From Octopus sinensis (Eukaryota): 64,000 bases of DNA. A program made the translations under genes and the position numbers. Below are positions 12,468 to 24,849 of the stretch, piece by piece (the first letter of the stretch is position 1; every line of letters starts with the position of its first letter). The DNA is taken from NCBI RefSeq assembly GCF_006345805.1, contig NC_043003.1:93806001-93870000 (forward strand), given 5' to 3'. The notes under the pieces were generated by a model that was given only the letters and a program-made list of their open reading frames with translations, was not told where the DNA came from and did not search any database.

Positions 12468-14101
12468 AGTTTTTATTACATAGAAGGAGACATTACAAAC
12501 ATTGGGAACACAAAACATTAAAAAAATACAGAAACGTATGAAAGATGAAAAATTGTGAAAATGAGAAATGAAAGCGATGTTAACGGCTCCATCCGATAGC
12601 ATCACTTACCTTTCCTTCTTCCCTATATCGGTATGAAAAACATGTAATCCTCCAGTTTCATCCTATATTTTTCCTCCAGTTCATATCTCTTATCCGGTTC
12701 AATTGTTTTCCTAATCAATTTATAACTTTTTTAAAGTTTTTCCTTGAGTTCTTTTTCTTGGTCCTCTGATATTACTACACACATCAACCCCGCCATATCC
12801 CAGCTGTCTTGCAATTCCACCTTTCCCCAGTCCCTCAATTTTTCACGTATTTCTTCCTTGTTTATTACACCTAAAATATGGGGACGAGAATTTTAAAAAT
12901 TATCCTGCGTGTCTGTGTTGTCCTTTTTTGTTTTCTTGTTGGTAAGGAGCGGGTGGGTTCAGTGTCTGCAGGGGAAGGGAGGGCCACACAGGGTGCGGGT
13001 GGTGATGGAGTGGGTTGGGGTTCAGAACAGTTTGCCTTTTTTCTCCTTCTCTTCTTCCTTCTTCACATGGATTCCCATTCTGCTGGTAACTCCTCCTCGC
13101 CCACTTGCTTCTCTTCCGCTGTATTCTGCTCCTCCAGGGGCTCCTCTACCTCTCTTGCTGGTTCTTTTCTTGGTTCTTTTGTTGGGGGAGGACAGTTAGC
13201 TCTTATGTGGCCCTTCAAGCCGCATTTATAACAACGAGGAGCTCTGCCCTCCACCCATACTCTCATAATGATGTTTCCCATTGTTATATTCTCGGCCAGT
13301 TGTTCCAACACCTCTGATTCCGCCTGGACATTCATCTCCAGTACTCCTCCCCTCCATCCTCCTTCGTCCTTTACCGTGGCATGAAGAATGTCCACCTTAT
13401 CTTCATTACCACTGATGATGGCTGCCACAATCCACTCTCCATCTATGTCTGGTGGTATTCCCTCCACCCTGATCCTGGTCGTCCTCCTTTCCAGATACGT
13501 GGGCAGAAGGAATACCTTCTCCGTCTTTATTGTTTCACCTTGCCACTTTTTCGGTTTTAAATTGTACAACCACGGTGCCGAACCCAACGCCTCTTGCGAG
13601 AAACGCAACCTCCTCTTCTGTCATTCACAGTGCTTCCTCTACCACTTCCATGCCAACCAACCCTATTCTCCTTTTTTCATTGGTAAATACTCTGTACGTA
13701 ATGGTCCTCTTCTCATACCAGTTTCTTATTTTCCTTGGCGGCGACACTTCAACTTCACCGCCGACCTTTATAACGAATTCTTGATAACCTGGCCACTTAG
13801 CCAGGTCTATCTCTTTTTCCGTTGGCTTTATCGCTCGCGCGTAAGTTGCTTTTTCTCCCAGTGCTCTGTCCAATTTCCTCACTGCCTTTGTCAGCTCCTC
13901 CTCAGAGGCCGACAGGTCCGACTCACCGAGACTCGCAAAAACATTATTCCTTGCCCTTTTCTCCCTTAGGGAGAGGCAAACCGTTTTTTTCATGTCTGTC
14001 ACAATACAGACAGACAAAATTCAACAATAACGATTAAAAATTAACAAACAATAACAGGCAAAGCAATTACTCACAAGTTCGCAAAAACACGTCTGCACGA
14101 A
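12468..14101 (-). mobile_element. ORF1-only L1/Tx1-derived element (HAL1-like), degenerate
   Basis: gag-like ORF1 with CCHC knuckle CYKCGLKGHIRANC; 5' ttc...GACGTG motif shared with the Tx1 at 43945; ORF1 ends GK* and is followed directly by a ~130-nt Tx1-like 3' tail with AATAAA; TACTT at 12463-12467 and 14102-14106. Confidence 0.75.
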
Positions 14102-14369
14102 TACTTTTTTCACCCTTAAATATTTATAATTGTATATAAATTCATTAGTTATTATAATTTATTAGTTTCTTTTGCATATTCTTAGTTTATGCATGTGTAT
14201 GCAAATATAGTATTGGTATATCCCATTTATGTTCATTAGAAATTAAATAAATGAAGAATTTTGACATGTTCGAATATTTATTTCCCCTCACTGTATAATA
14301 TTTGAATATCTTTCGTATTCATTTCGCTGAGTCTGTGAATGAGAGTTAGATTTCCATACACAAGAATAA

Positions 14370-14577
14370 TAGTTTCAAATTTTGATACAAGGCCACCGAT
14401 TTTGTAGGAGGAGATAAGTCGATTACATCGATCCCTGGCACTTATTTATTCGACTCCAAAAGGACGAAAGGAATAGTCGGCCGCGGCGGAATTTGAACTC
14501 AGAACACAAAGACAGACGCAATGCCATTAAGCATTGTTTATCCGGCGTGCTAACGACTCCGCCAGTTCGCCGCCTTT
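14370..14577 (-). mobile_element. SINE (gttcaaattccgccgaggtcgactttgcctttcatcc core family)
   Basis: Matches copies at 17529, 24586, 24878, 25090, 38941 and 60359. Confidence 0.8.
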
Positions 14578-16398
14578 CAATGCACTAATTCAGTAGAACT
14601 AGTAATCTGTGCATAGTTAAGCAATTGTCGATATTTATGGATTAGTTTAATTGCCAATATTATTGATAAAGGAATGAAACTTTTCGATTTCTGAATTCAT
14701 TGCCTTTTTGAATCTGAAGTGTCGAGCTTATGTATGAAATGAATGGAAAATGGGCAGCATAGACCATAAAGTATGTTTCAAACATAATAAACTGAAGATC
14801 GATCCATCGAATATAACTTACTGCCACAAAAATTATTCTTGTCAAAATGAACAAATATAATTCGCTCCCAAATAACCTGAAATACGAGTAGAACCCGAAG
14901 TAATTATAATATCCACAGCCGTTGCAGTCATTAATATTCAGGATACAATTAGTTCTAATTAAGCAAAGCAGAATCTAGAACGAAACTTACATGCATGATA
15001 TCATTATCTACCCAATGATTTTGGGGGAAAAACTAATTAAAATTCTAAAGCATGAATAAGCATTTGATTTATATGATCCAAATCTGCGAAGACAATTAGT
15101 ATGTAATTGAAATATTTACTAAGCTGTATAGTATTTGATAATTATACGTTCAGGTGGGCGCTGTAGAGAATATACATTAAGCTCTCATCGAAAGCGGCCG
15201 TGAACTGCTTTTAAATCTCGCTGTAAATATTTCTCTTCCTCCAAATCTATTGCTTGTACTCTTGAGAAATAAATAAATATCTTAGTATTTCCTTTTACCA
15301 CCTCTATAAATCTAACACATGATAGTCTAGTTTCGTTTTAACAGCACATCTAAAGCTAGTGGTATACAATGATATAACTTTCATGTATCACTCGCTGAGA
15401 AATATTAACTATACAACGAAGTACACTGGCTTAAGATGATATTAAATCGGCTCGTGCATTCAATGATTTAATGAAAATCTTGCCAGATGCCATGTTACAT
15501 TTCGTGTATCTATTGACCTTGTTGTGGATATGGACCAACGATGAGGCGGACTGGTTTATGTATGTGGCACAATAGGTCTTACATTGTAGCTCACTCTCAA
15601 TTGAAAGTTCCGAAAAGGATTTCGAAAATTAAGATCTTGTCATTTGTTCAAGTAATGATATTGGCATATCGATAAAAAAATGATTTCTAAATTATCGTAT
15701 TCTGGTATATATGGATGCTGCTAAAATTGTGAATTCTCACTACAGAAAATTATTGCTATAATTAAGTACGAAATTGCCTAAATATACACCCCACCACATA
15801 GATTATGAACCAAAAATATGTTGTTTTGTGCTTTGAAAAAGACCAAAAAAGATGCTAAGAAAATCAGGTTAGGTAACTGTTTCTCAAAAAAATAAAACGC
15901 AAAAATATTTTTTAAATGTATGAACCCATTTTTACTTACTAACCAAATGCAAAAATACCTCAAAAGAAGAAAGTTTTAATTTAACCATAAGTTTAAAAAG
16001 AAAGGAAATTTTGAACACATAACTGAATACATTTTTGGAGGAGGGCACATGCGAAGATCATTACCCCGGTACTTATTTGCTACTTATGTTATTAATCGCC
16101 GTGTGAACCAAAGAGAAAATCGACACCAACCGAGTTTAAATCCAGAATTTAAATAGATGTAAGTTATTACTGTGAGGCATATAATCCGTGGAAATTGTTC
16201 CTCACCCACCACAACATCCCATTTGTAGCTGAAGAGAAAATAGTTAATTATTGAACTTAGGGATAGCTATATGCTCCACAATTGGAAGTTGTTTATATTT
16301 AAATAGAGTCCAGGTCTATTTTATGATAGACAAACTCCATCCGATATAATTTGTCTTAGTGTATGTTATAATCTAATAATGACACTCGATGTTATTCT

Positions 16399-16720
16399 AA
16401 GGCGGTGAGCTGACAAAATCGCTAACGCATCAAACAAAATGCATCGCTGTATTCCTTCCGGCTCTTTACGTTTTGGATTCTGTAAATACTGCTGTGCTCA
16501 ACTTTGCTTTTCATCCTTTTGGGGTTCGATAAAATAAAGCACCAGTCAAGTACTGAAGGGGCGGGTGTGTTGATGCTATCGACTTGCACCCTTCATTCAA
16601 AATTTCTGGTTTTGTATTTATATTGGTTTCAAATCTTGGCACAAAGCCAGTAATTTCGACTCCAGTACTTAACTGGTACTTATTTTATCGACCCCAAAAG
16701 AATGAAAGGCAAAGTCGACC
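16399..16720. mobile_element. Diverged plus-strand SINE followed by an inverted SINE fragment
   Basis: aaggcggtgagctgacaaaatcg head and core; partial minus-strand core at ~16640-16720. Confidence 0.6.
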
Positions 16721-17469
16721 TCGGCTGAAACTAATCTTAAACAAATATTAGAAAGAATTATTAAGAGTTGGTGCCCCAGCATGGCCGCGGCCTTCGGGCT
16801 AAAACATTTTTTTTTAAAGGATTTAGTTATTGTTCATCATACGATATCTCTTGTTTGCGCAGAAGAAATACAATCAAAGGAATTAATTTCAGCGAAAAAA
16901 AAAATACACACAAAAAAACACTCGTACTAATTTTTTCTTATCCAAATATATCATCATCATTTTCATAATGTTCGCTCCCATAAGCTGAAGCGTCATATCC
17001 CACTTTCTAGTATAACCTCAGACATTCATTACATTTAAAACTACCCATTTCTTTATATCATAATCCACATAATTAGATGTTTTCCACCACTTCACTTACA
17101 TTTATTTTGCCTTCTATTAACAGCTTTGGTAAACTACGCTTTTTTTTTCTTAGTTAATTGCCCTAATTATTTTAGTTTTCTCTCTTTGATGTTGTTTACT
17201 GAAATTTCTCTGTATTAGCCGTTCTTAAAACTTTATCATTGGTTTCTTGTTCTGTACATGATATTCTTAAAAGTCATTTATATACCAACACACTAAATTT
17301 TGATATTTATTTGATAAAACGTTTGTCAGATGTCCATGCTTCGTCTCTACACAGTAGAATGGATCATACACAACACTTTAATATGCAGGGTGGGCCAAAA
17401 TAACGCACCAAAACATTTGATATTTTATCATCATCATCATCATCATCATCATCATTATTATTATTATTA

Positions 17470-17512
<43 letters not shown>

Positions 17513-17528
17513 TTTTTTTTTTTTTAGT

Positions 17529-17745
17529 AAGGTGGCGAGCTGGCAGAATCGTTAAGCACGCCGGGAGAAATGCATAGCGGTATCTCGTCTGTCTTTACGA
17601 TCTGAAATTCCGCCGAGGTCGACTTTGCCTTTCATCCTTTCGGAGTCGATAAATTAAGTACCAGTTGCGTACTGGGTTCGGTCTAATCGATTGGCTCCCC
17701 CTCCCACCAAATTTCAGGCCTTGTGCCTATAGCAGAAAAGATTAT
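17529..17745 (+). mobile_element. SINE between (ATT)n tracts
   Basis: ggtggcgagctggcagaatcg head, conserved core, ggccttgtgcctatagcagaaaagatt tail. Confidence 0.85.
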
Positions 17746-17757
17746 TATTATTATTTT

Positions 17758-18353
17758 ATGAAACACAGCTTTATTTTCCTGGGTATGATGGAAAGTGTCA
17801 GCTGTCCACAGCCAGCAGACTAAGGTGCCACTTGTTTATTGGTCATGCTTCAAGAACCCTGCGAAGAATTCTTGCAGTTTCAAGCAATGCTGATTTTTGT
17901 AGGTGTTCTACTTTCACACTTGCACCGATGTTTTGGAGCCATGTTGAGTGCTGATACTTCCATGTGCACCAATTACTATTGGCATAACGTCTACTCTTCT
18001 CATTGACCACAACTTTCGTATTTCCCACTTCAAATCGTCATAGTTGTTTATTTTTTCTTCTTCTTTCATACTGATGCTGTTGTCACCGGGGCATGCTATG
18101 TTGATTATCACGCATATTCTCCACAACAATGTCCGGTTTCCGATGTCTGGTTGGGTGATCGCACTAGATCATTACATCCTCAAGATTTTGCAATTCTTAT
18201 TTTTCGGAGTCGACTTCTGGAGTTTTCTCATACCACGTCTTTGCTTTTTGTAGGACGTGATTTCTACAGATCTCCCAATGGATCATTCTTGCCACATTGT
18301 CAAGGTGTCTTTTGTATTCGCGTTGTAACAATTTCGGGCATTCGCTAACGATA
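17758..18353 (-). pseudogene. R4/Dong-clade LINE, 3' fragment with RLE domain
   Basis: IVSECPKLLQREYK, IACPGDNSISMKEEEKI..YDDLKWEIRKLW, LQKSALLETARILRRVL; 3' end abuts an (AAT)n tract. Confidence 0.85.
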
Positions 18354-19158
18354 CGCCAGCAAAACGTGGAGGCTATCCTGGACTACATAAGCCTACTGGA
18401 TGACACAAAACTTCATGTGGCTATCGAGGGCAGAAATTCAAGATGTCATCTGTGCGGGGACACAAACTATCTAAAGGCCTGTTCGGGGTAAACTCTACAG
18501 GCACGGAAGTGCAGTCAGCCGGGCTTGCCCGAGATGCATGCAGAGTGACGAAACTGTTCTGCACGTCTCGTCCAGTGCCCAAATATTTCTGACTTGTGGG
18601 TTTATGTCGAACACCTGCTGTAGCGTGTGGGACAGATTCGGCTATCGGCTGAGTCCATTGTGAAGATAGTCCCACCGTCTTCCTTTGCCGGGAAGGGCAG
18701 GCTGTTTTTCTTTGCCTGATAGCCTTAGCGAAAGAGGTTGTGTAGTGTACCAGACTGAAAGCACTGAAGACAGACACTGTCCTCTTTGGCCAAGTCCTCA
18801 TCAACTCTTTCAAGTTTCACTTGAAAAGGAAAGTGGAAATGGAAAGGGGAGTTCTGTCCCACAGCAATTTTGTTAAAAGGTGGGTGAATATGGCAAGAAT
18901 GGCCCGTGTGAATGGCCTTGCTCTAAGCATGCACCTGTAGACAAAGTGGAGAGAGTGCTTGCCCTGGTAGTCAGGACTGTTGTGGATTTGCGGGGTTTCC
19001 ACGAGCAGTCCTTAAGAGGTCTTTCACTTTTGGGGGAATTTTGTTGTTATAATCGATTGCTTTTCATTGTTTACACAACTTTCATGTAACCCAACATTCT
19101 ATTTATCCTGTGCTTTCCACAATGTTTTTTAATGTAAACCCTTTGTGATTAATAAAGA

Positions 19159-19160
<2 letters not shown>
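18346..19160 (+). mobile_element. L1/Tx1 fragment: ORF1 knuckle fused to ORF2 3' end and 3' UTR
   Basis: EGRNSRCHLCGDTNYLKAC joined at 18477 to KLYRHGS..CPRC..DETVLH, homologous to 40258-39860; ends aataaagaa(AAT)n. Confidence 0.8.
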
Positions 19161-19207
<47 letters not shown>

Positions 19208-19236
19208 TAATGATAATCATAATAATAATAATAATG

Positions 19237-19287
<51 letters not shown>
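19160..19287. repeat. (AAT)n microsatellite
   Basis: Read directly; further (AAT)/(AAC)/(ATT) tracts at ~19841, 20429, 20557, 24490, 24790 and 38850. Confidence 0.95.
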
Positions 19288-19840
19288 GCCCTGATGCAGT
19301 ACCAGGCAGAGGCTCTCATGGCTTCTGATCTTAACTGATTGGAAGTGGTATCATGTACATAGTTCTGTCTTGGTATAAAAGATGGGCTACAGCAAATATT
19401 CTGCTCAATACCACAGATTTGCTTGTCAGTTGTTTGACCTTAACCAGTTGAGCATGTCCCTTAGTGGCTGACAATACGTGCATCTCTGATCACGAGCAGA
19501 AGTAGTGGGGGAGCATCATGGCCATGTGTTGAGAGGGATTCTTTGGAGTTTGAATAATTCACCTCTGGAAACATAGGTGTTTCGTTCAACATCCTAAAGC
19601 AACCCTTATTCAGGGACCTTTTGAGCGGGATGGGCTACTCAACTGAAGAAAATTCTAACTGGGCCCCACCTGCAAGGTCATGTGCTGTTTATCTTGATAT
19701 GAGATCACCATGTCGCGCACATATGGCTGTGATGCATGTGCCTGGTGTACCTTTATCAGACGGGTAGTCATGATGGGTATATTGGGCTTCGTATATTTTA
19801 CCCCAGTGTCACTTTGATGGCATGAACTGCTCTCTCACTC
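19288..19840. mobile_element. ~550-bp non-coding interspersed repeat in (AAT)n, copy 1
   Basis: Highly similar to 19875-20428; both ends abut (AAT)n; no tRNA head or informative ORF seen. Confidence 0.75.
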
Positions 19841-19874
19841 AATAATAATAATAATAATAATGATAATAATAAAT

Positions 19875-20428
19875 GTCCTGATGCAGTTCCAGACAGTGGC
19901 TCTCATGGCTTCTTATCTTAACTGATTGGAAGTGTTATCATGTACATTGTTTTGTCTTGGTATAAAAGATGGGCTACAGCAAATATTCTGCTCAATACCA
20001 CAGATTTGCTTGTCAGTTGTTTGACCATAACCAATTGACCATGTCCCTTAATGGCTGACGATATGTGCATCTCTGATCATGAGTAGAATTAGTGGGGGAG
20101 TATCATAGCCGTGTGTTGAAAGGAATTCTTAGAGGTTTGGATAATTCACCTCTGGAAACATGGGTGGTTCGTTCAACATCCTTAAATAAGCCTTATTCAG
20201 GGACCTTTTGAGCGGGATGGGCTACTCGACCAGAAGAAAATTCTAACTGGGCCCCATCTGCAAGGTCATGCGCTGTTTATCTTGATATGAGATCACCATG
20301 TCGCACACATATGGTTGTGATGCATGTGCCTGGTGTACCCTTATCAGACGGGTAGTCATGATGGGTATACTGGGCTTCGTATATTTTACCCCTGCGTCAC
20401 TTTGATGGCATGCACTGCTCTCTCACTC
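19875..20428. mobile_element. ~550-bp non-coding interspersed repeat in (AAT)n, copy 2
   Basis: Same orientation as copy 1; both end ctgctctctcactc-(AAT)n. Confidence 0.75.
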
Positions 20429-20441
20429 AATAATAATAATA

Positions 20442-20486
<45 letters not shown>

Positions 20487-20555
20487 GGCGGTGCCCCAGC
20501 ATGGCCACAGCTCGTGAGCTGAAACTAGATAAAATAAAATAAAAATAAATAAAAT

Positions 20556-20587
<32 letters not shown>

Positions 20588-20618
20588 AACAACAATAATA
20601 ATAATAATAATAATAATG

Positions 20619-20670
<52 letters not shown>

Positions 20671-20679
20671 CATTGGAGC

Positions 20680-21900
20680 TTGATGACATTCTACAGAGAG
20701 AAATGAAAGTCAAGGTCAGCGAGGCGTATCAAAAAGGGTGAAGATGCTGTTGAAATCCAACCTGAATGCCTGGGCAGTTGCGGTGGTTAGATATAGTGCG
20801 TCCATTCTGAAATGGACTAAGGAGGAAATATCAACACTGGATAGAAGGACGAGAAAGTTGGTGACGCTGCATGGGTCGCTACACCCTAAAGCAAACGTAA
20901 ACAGACTGTATATGAAAAGAAAGAATGGTGGCAGAGGATTAATTAGTATAGACCATTGTATAAGGAGTGAAACGAGAATGCGTGCTGAGTATTTGATAAA
21001 TAGTGATGAAGTCCTGCTGCAATATGCCACGAACGATATGGGTGTAAATGCAGATGAGATGATGGTCAAGGAAGTGTTTAACAAAAGAGCTGAGGAGAAG
21101 AGAAAAGACCTTTAAATGAGAATGCATGGACAGTTTGAAAGGAATACACAAGACGTTAAGGATAATACAGCATCGTGGGCATGGCTTGACTGAAGTGATT
21201 TGAAGCGTACCACCGAAAGCCTGATCATTGCTACACAAGACCAGGCTCCCGCTATCAATTGAGTGAAGTATAACATCTATAAAGTTTCTGACACCCAGAA
21301 ATGCAAACTATGTGGAAAATTTGACCCTCTTGGTAAATGGATGTGAGAGCCTTGCACAAAAAGAATACAAGCACCGCCACGATAAACTGTGTGTATCTTC
21401 ATTGGTTCTTATGCCGTAAGTACCAATATCAAGTAACAGAGAACTGGTATGAGCATGGACCAAGTAAAGTTATGCAGGAGGATGGAAAAGTAACGATACT
21501 CTGGGACTATGATTTTCAGACAGATCGTACAATCGAACACCGTCGGCCGAATATTGTCATATTGAATATGAAAGACAAATACTGTCAGATCATTGATGTA
21601 GCCATACCGAATGACATGAATGTTGTGAGTAAAGAGATTGAAAAATCACCAAGTACTCGGAATTGAAGTGGAAATGGCAAGACTGTATGGAATGCGAGAG
21701 GGCAATTTAAAAGTGATACCAGTGGTGATCGTAGCGTTGGGCTCAATCTCATTAAAACTCCAAGACTCGTTAAGGCAATGGAAATCCCAGGCAAAATTGA
21801 TGTCTTGCAAAAAACAGCCTTATTGGGCACAGCGCACATCTTCAGGAAAGTGTTATCTGTCTGATGTCCTTGTTGTGACTTGACAGATGACTAAAGACTC
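20680..21900 (+). pseudogene. R4/Dong-clade LINE, 5'-truncated, C-terminal half with RLE
   Basis: LHPKANVNRLYMKRKNGGRGLISI, ILWDYDFQTDRTIEHRRPNIV, IIDVAIPND; starts at an (AAT)n tract; multiple disablements. Confidence 0.9.
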
Positions 21901-21959
21901 CGTTGCATTTTTACTTACACTGTGTTACGAAGGAATAATAGTCATCTCACCATCTGCCG

Positions 21960-24490
21960 AACCTATTTACAGACTTGTGGAATTTGGTCTATTCACCAAG
22001 CGGCTTCTCTTTCTCCTACTATCTACTCCAATCCTCACATATTTATAGTTATCTAAACTACAAGGCAAAAGTCAAAACTAAACAACATTTTAGTGGGGAA
22101 GATCAGAAGATTTTAGATGAGTTGCATGAAGTAATGAGTAAAGAAGTAAGAAAAAGACTGCCAACCTTAATAGACATAAACAGAAGGAAGCTACAAGAAA
22201 TGACTAGGAAAGTAGATTCTGTTATCAGGAGAATAGATACTAAAAATATAGAAGACACTAAGTTATTGATCTATGTAGGAGGGGTAGTAGTCACCAGAAG
22301 ATTAAATATCTCGCAGGGAAAGATAAAAAAAGGGCGAAAGGAGACTACAAAATAAAGTGAAGACCTTAAGACAAGATCCGTATAAAATAGAAACCTGGAA
22401 GCTGAACAAGTTAGGAAATACAAGATGCAAATCTTCCTCCGAGAAAAGATACTTAGTAAAAGAGAAAGGATTGTGGATAGTAATAGAAGAGTTGAAACAG
22501 CACTTCAGATATCAGAAAAGAATAGTTCAGTATCAACAGAATAGATTATTTGAGACAGACCAGAGGCGATTTTATAACCAAATAAATAGTTGAGCACGAA
22601 GTACAGAAGATGAGAAACCTAATGCAGAGGAAGCTAGAGAGTTCTGGAGTAATATTTGGGATAAACCAATCAATCACAATGGAGATGCAGTATGCTTAAA
22701 AAAGTGAAGGAAGAAGTAGTGATTGAGAAGCAGCCAGATCTAAGACCAACTAGTGCATTAATGAATAAAGTGTTAGGAAAAATGCCGAATTGGAAGGAAC
22801 AAATTTAGTTCAAGGGTACTGGCTTAAGAAATTCAGTAGTTTACATGGGAGGCTGAGGGAACAACTTCAGGATTGCCTTAATGGAGGAATAATATTAGAT
22901 TGGGTGACTAGAGGGAGGGCAATACTCATTATGAATGACAAGAGCAAGGGTAATAAAGCTAGCAACTGTAGATCAATCACTTACTTACCATTTGTGTGGA
23001 AGCTGTTAACAGGAATGCTTTCAGAAAACACTTACGAGCCCTTTGGCAACCAGAAATTACTACCAGAAGAAAAGAAAGGTTGCAGGAAGAAGGCTAGTGA
23101 ATGCATGAGCTATTATATACAGACAAAGCAGTTCTAAATTAAGTAGAAGCTAGAAAGAAAAATCTAACAATAGCATGGACAGATTATAGGAAAGCCTTTG
23201 ACAATCCCACACTCATGGATAAGTGAATGTTTGAGTATGTTCTGTATAGCAGACAACATAAGAAAATCAATTAGCTTTAGTATGAAGAAATGGAAAGTAG
23301 ATCTATACTCAGGTGACACAGTCTTAGGGAAAGTTAATATTAAAAGAGGAATTTTCCAGGGGGACTCGTTATCCTCTTTGGTATCTGTTCTCTGTTTGAT
23401 CACCCTCAGTTTAGTTTTAAGGAAGGCAAAGGCAGGGTATCAGTTCAGAAACAGTAATGGAAAAATTAGCCATTTGCTCTACAAGGATGATATGAAGCAT
23501 TTTAGTAAGAATGAAAAAGAGATAGATTCCTGAATAGAGACTGTAAGAGTCTTCAGCAAAGGTATAGGCATGGAATTTGGCATAGATAAGTGTGCAATAT
23601 TAGTCATGTAAAAGGGACCGGTAGTGAACAGCGAAGGTATCCATTTACCAGATAGCCAGACATTAAAATCACTGAAAGGAGGAGAGAGTTATAAGTATCT
23701 AGGAGTATTAGAATCTGACAGAGTACAACTACAGAAATGAAAACGAAGATTGAGAAGGAGTGCATCAGAAGGGTGAGGAAGCTAATGAAGTCAAAGTTAA
23801 ACGGTCCGAATTTAGTGAAGGCTGTAAATACATGGGTAGTATCATTACTTAGATACTCAGCAGAATTTGTAGAATGGACAAAAACTGAATTAGCAAAACT
23901 AGACAGAAGAACGAGGAAGGAATTCGATATGAATGGAGGACTCCACCCAAGGGTAGGAGTAGCAAGATTATACTTACATAGAAAGGAAGGTGGAAGACTG
24001 CGTGGAGTTAGCTAGAGTAGATAAGGATTCCTATATAGGTAATAGTGAAGGGATTTTATTAAAAGCTAGTAGAGTCACAGCAAGACACAGGGAAACCAAA
24101 ACACCAAACGAACTTAAAATCAGAAAAAAAACAACAGAAATTATCTGACTGGCAGGAGAAAGCGTTGCATGGTAGATTCCCAAAGATAATTTCAGCAAAT
24201 AGTAGTAGTGAGACATAGTTATGGCTGCAGAAGGGGAAGCTGACGAGGGAGACAGAAAGTTTGTTAGTAGCTGCATAAGATCAAGCATTAAGGACTAATT
24301 GGTTAAAAGCCAAAATGGGCAAGAAACCAAGTAGATTCTCAATGTAGATCATACAAATCAAAAGAAGAAAGTGTTACCCAAATAGTAAGTGAATGTAGCA
24401 TGCTGGTACAGAAAGAATGAAAGAAAAGACATGACAATCTAGGGAGAGCAATCCATAGTACATCTCCTACGTTAGAAGCTGTGCAAAGAC
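21960..24490 (+). pseudogene. R4/Dong-clade LINE, RT-containing, lacking the RLE end
   Basis: QQNRLFETDQRRFY, WTDYRKAFD, RGIFQGDSLS, HLLYKDDMK RT motifs; stops after the HDNLG region at (AAT)n. Confidence 0.9.
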
Positions 24491-24565
<75 letters not shown>

Positions 24566-24585
24566 TATTATTATTATTAATATTA

Positions 24586-24791
24586 AGGTGGAGAGCTGGC
24601 AGAATCGTTACGATGCCAGGCGAAATGCTCAGTAGCATTTCGGCCATCACTACGTTCAAATTCCTCCGAGGTCGACTTTGTTTTTCATCCTTTCGGGGTC
24701 GATAAATCAAGTACCAGTTGAGTACTATGGTCGATGTAATCGACTTAAGCCCTTCCCCAAAATTTTAGGCCTTGTGCCTATAGTAGAAAGG

Positions 24792-24849
<58 letters not shown>

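Noticed and set aside
12599-12610. GGTAAGT splice-donor consensus at the ORF1 end (also ~41905, ~41592)
   Set aside because: Explained by Gly-Lys-stop codons or a mutated GKL; no evidence of splicing.
14790-14815. CTGAAGA followed by a tcgat/atcga hairpin
   Set aside because: No GAAA core or stem III.
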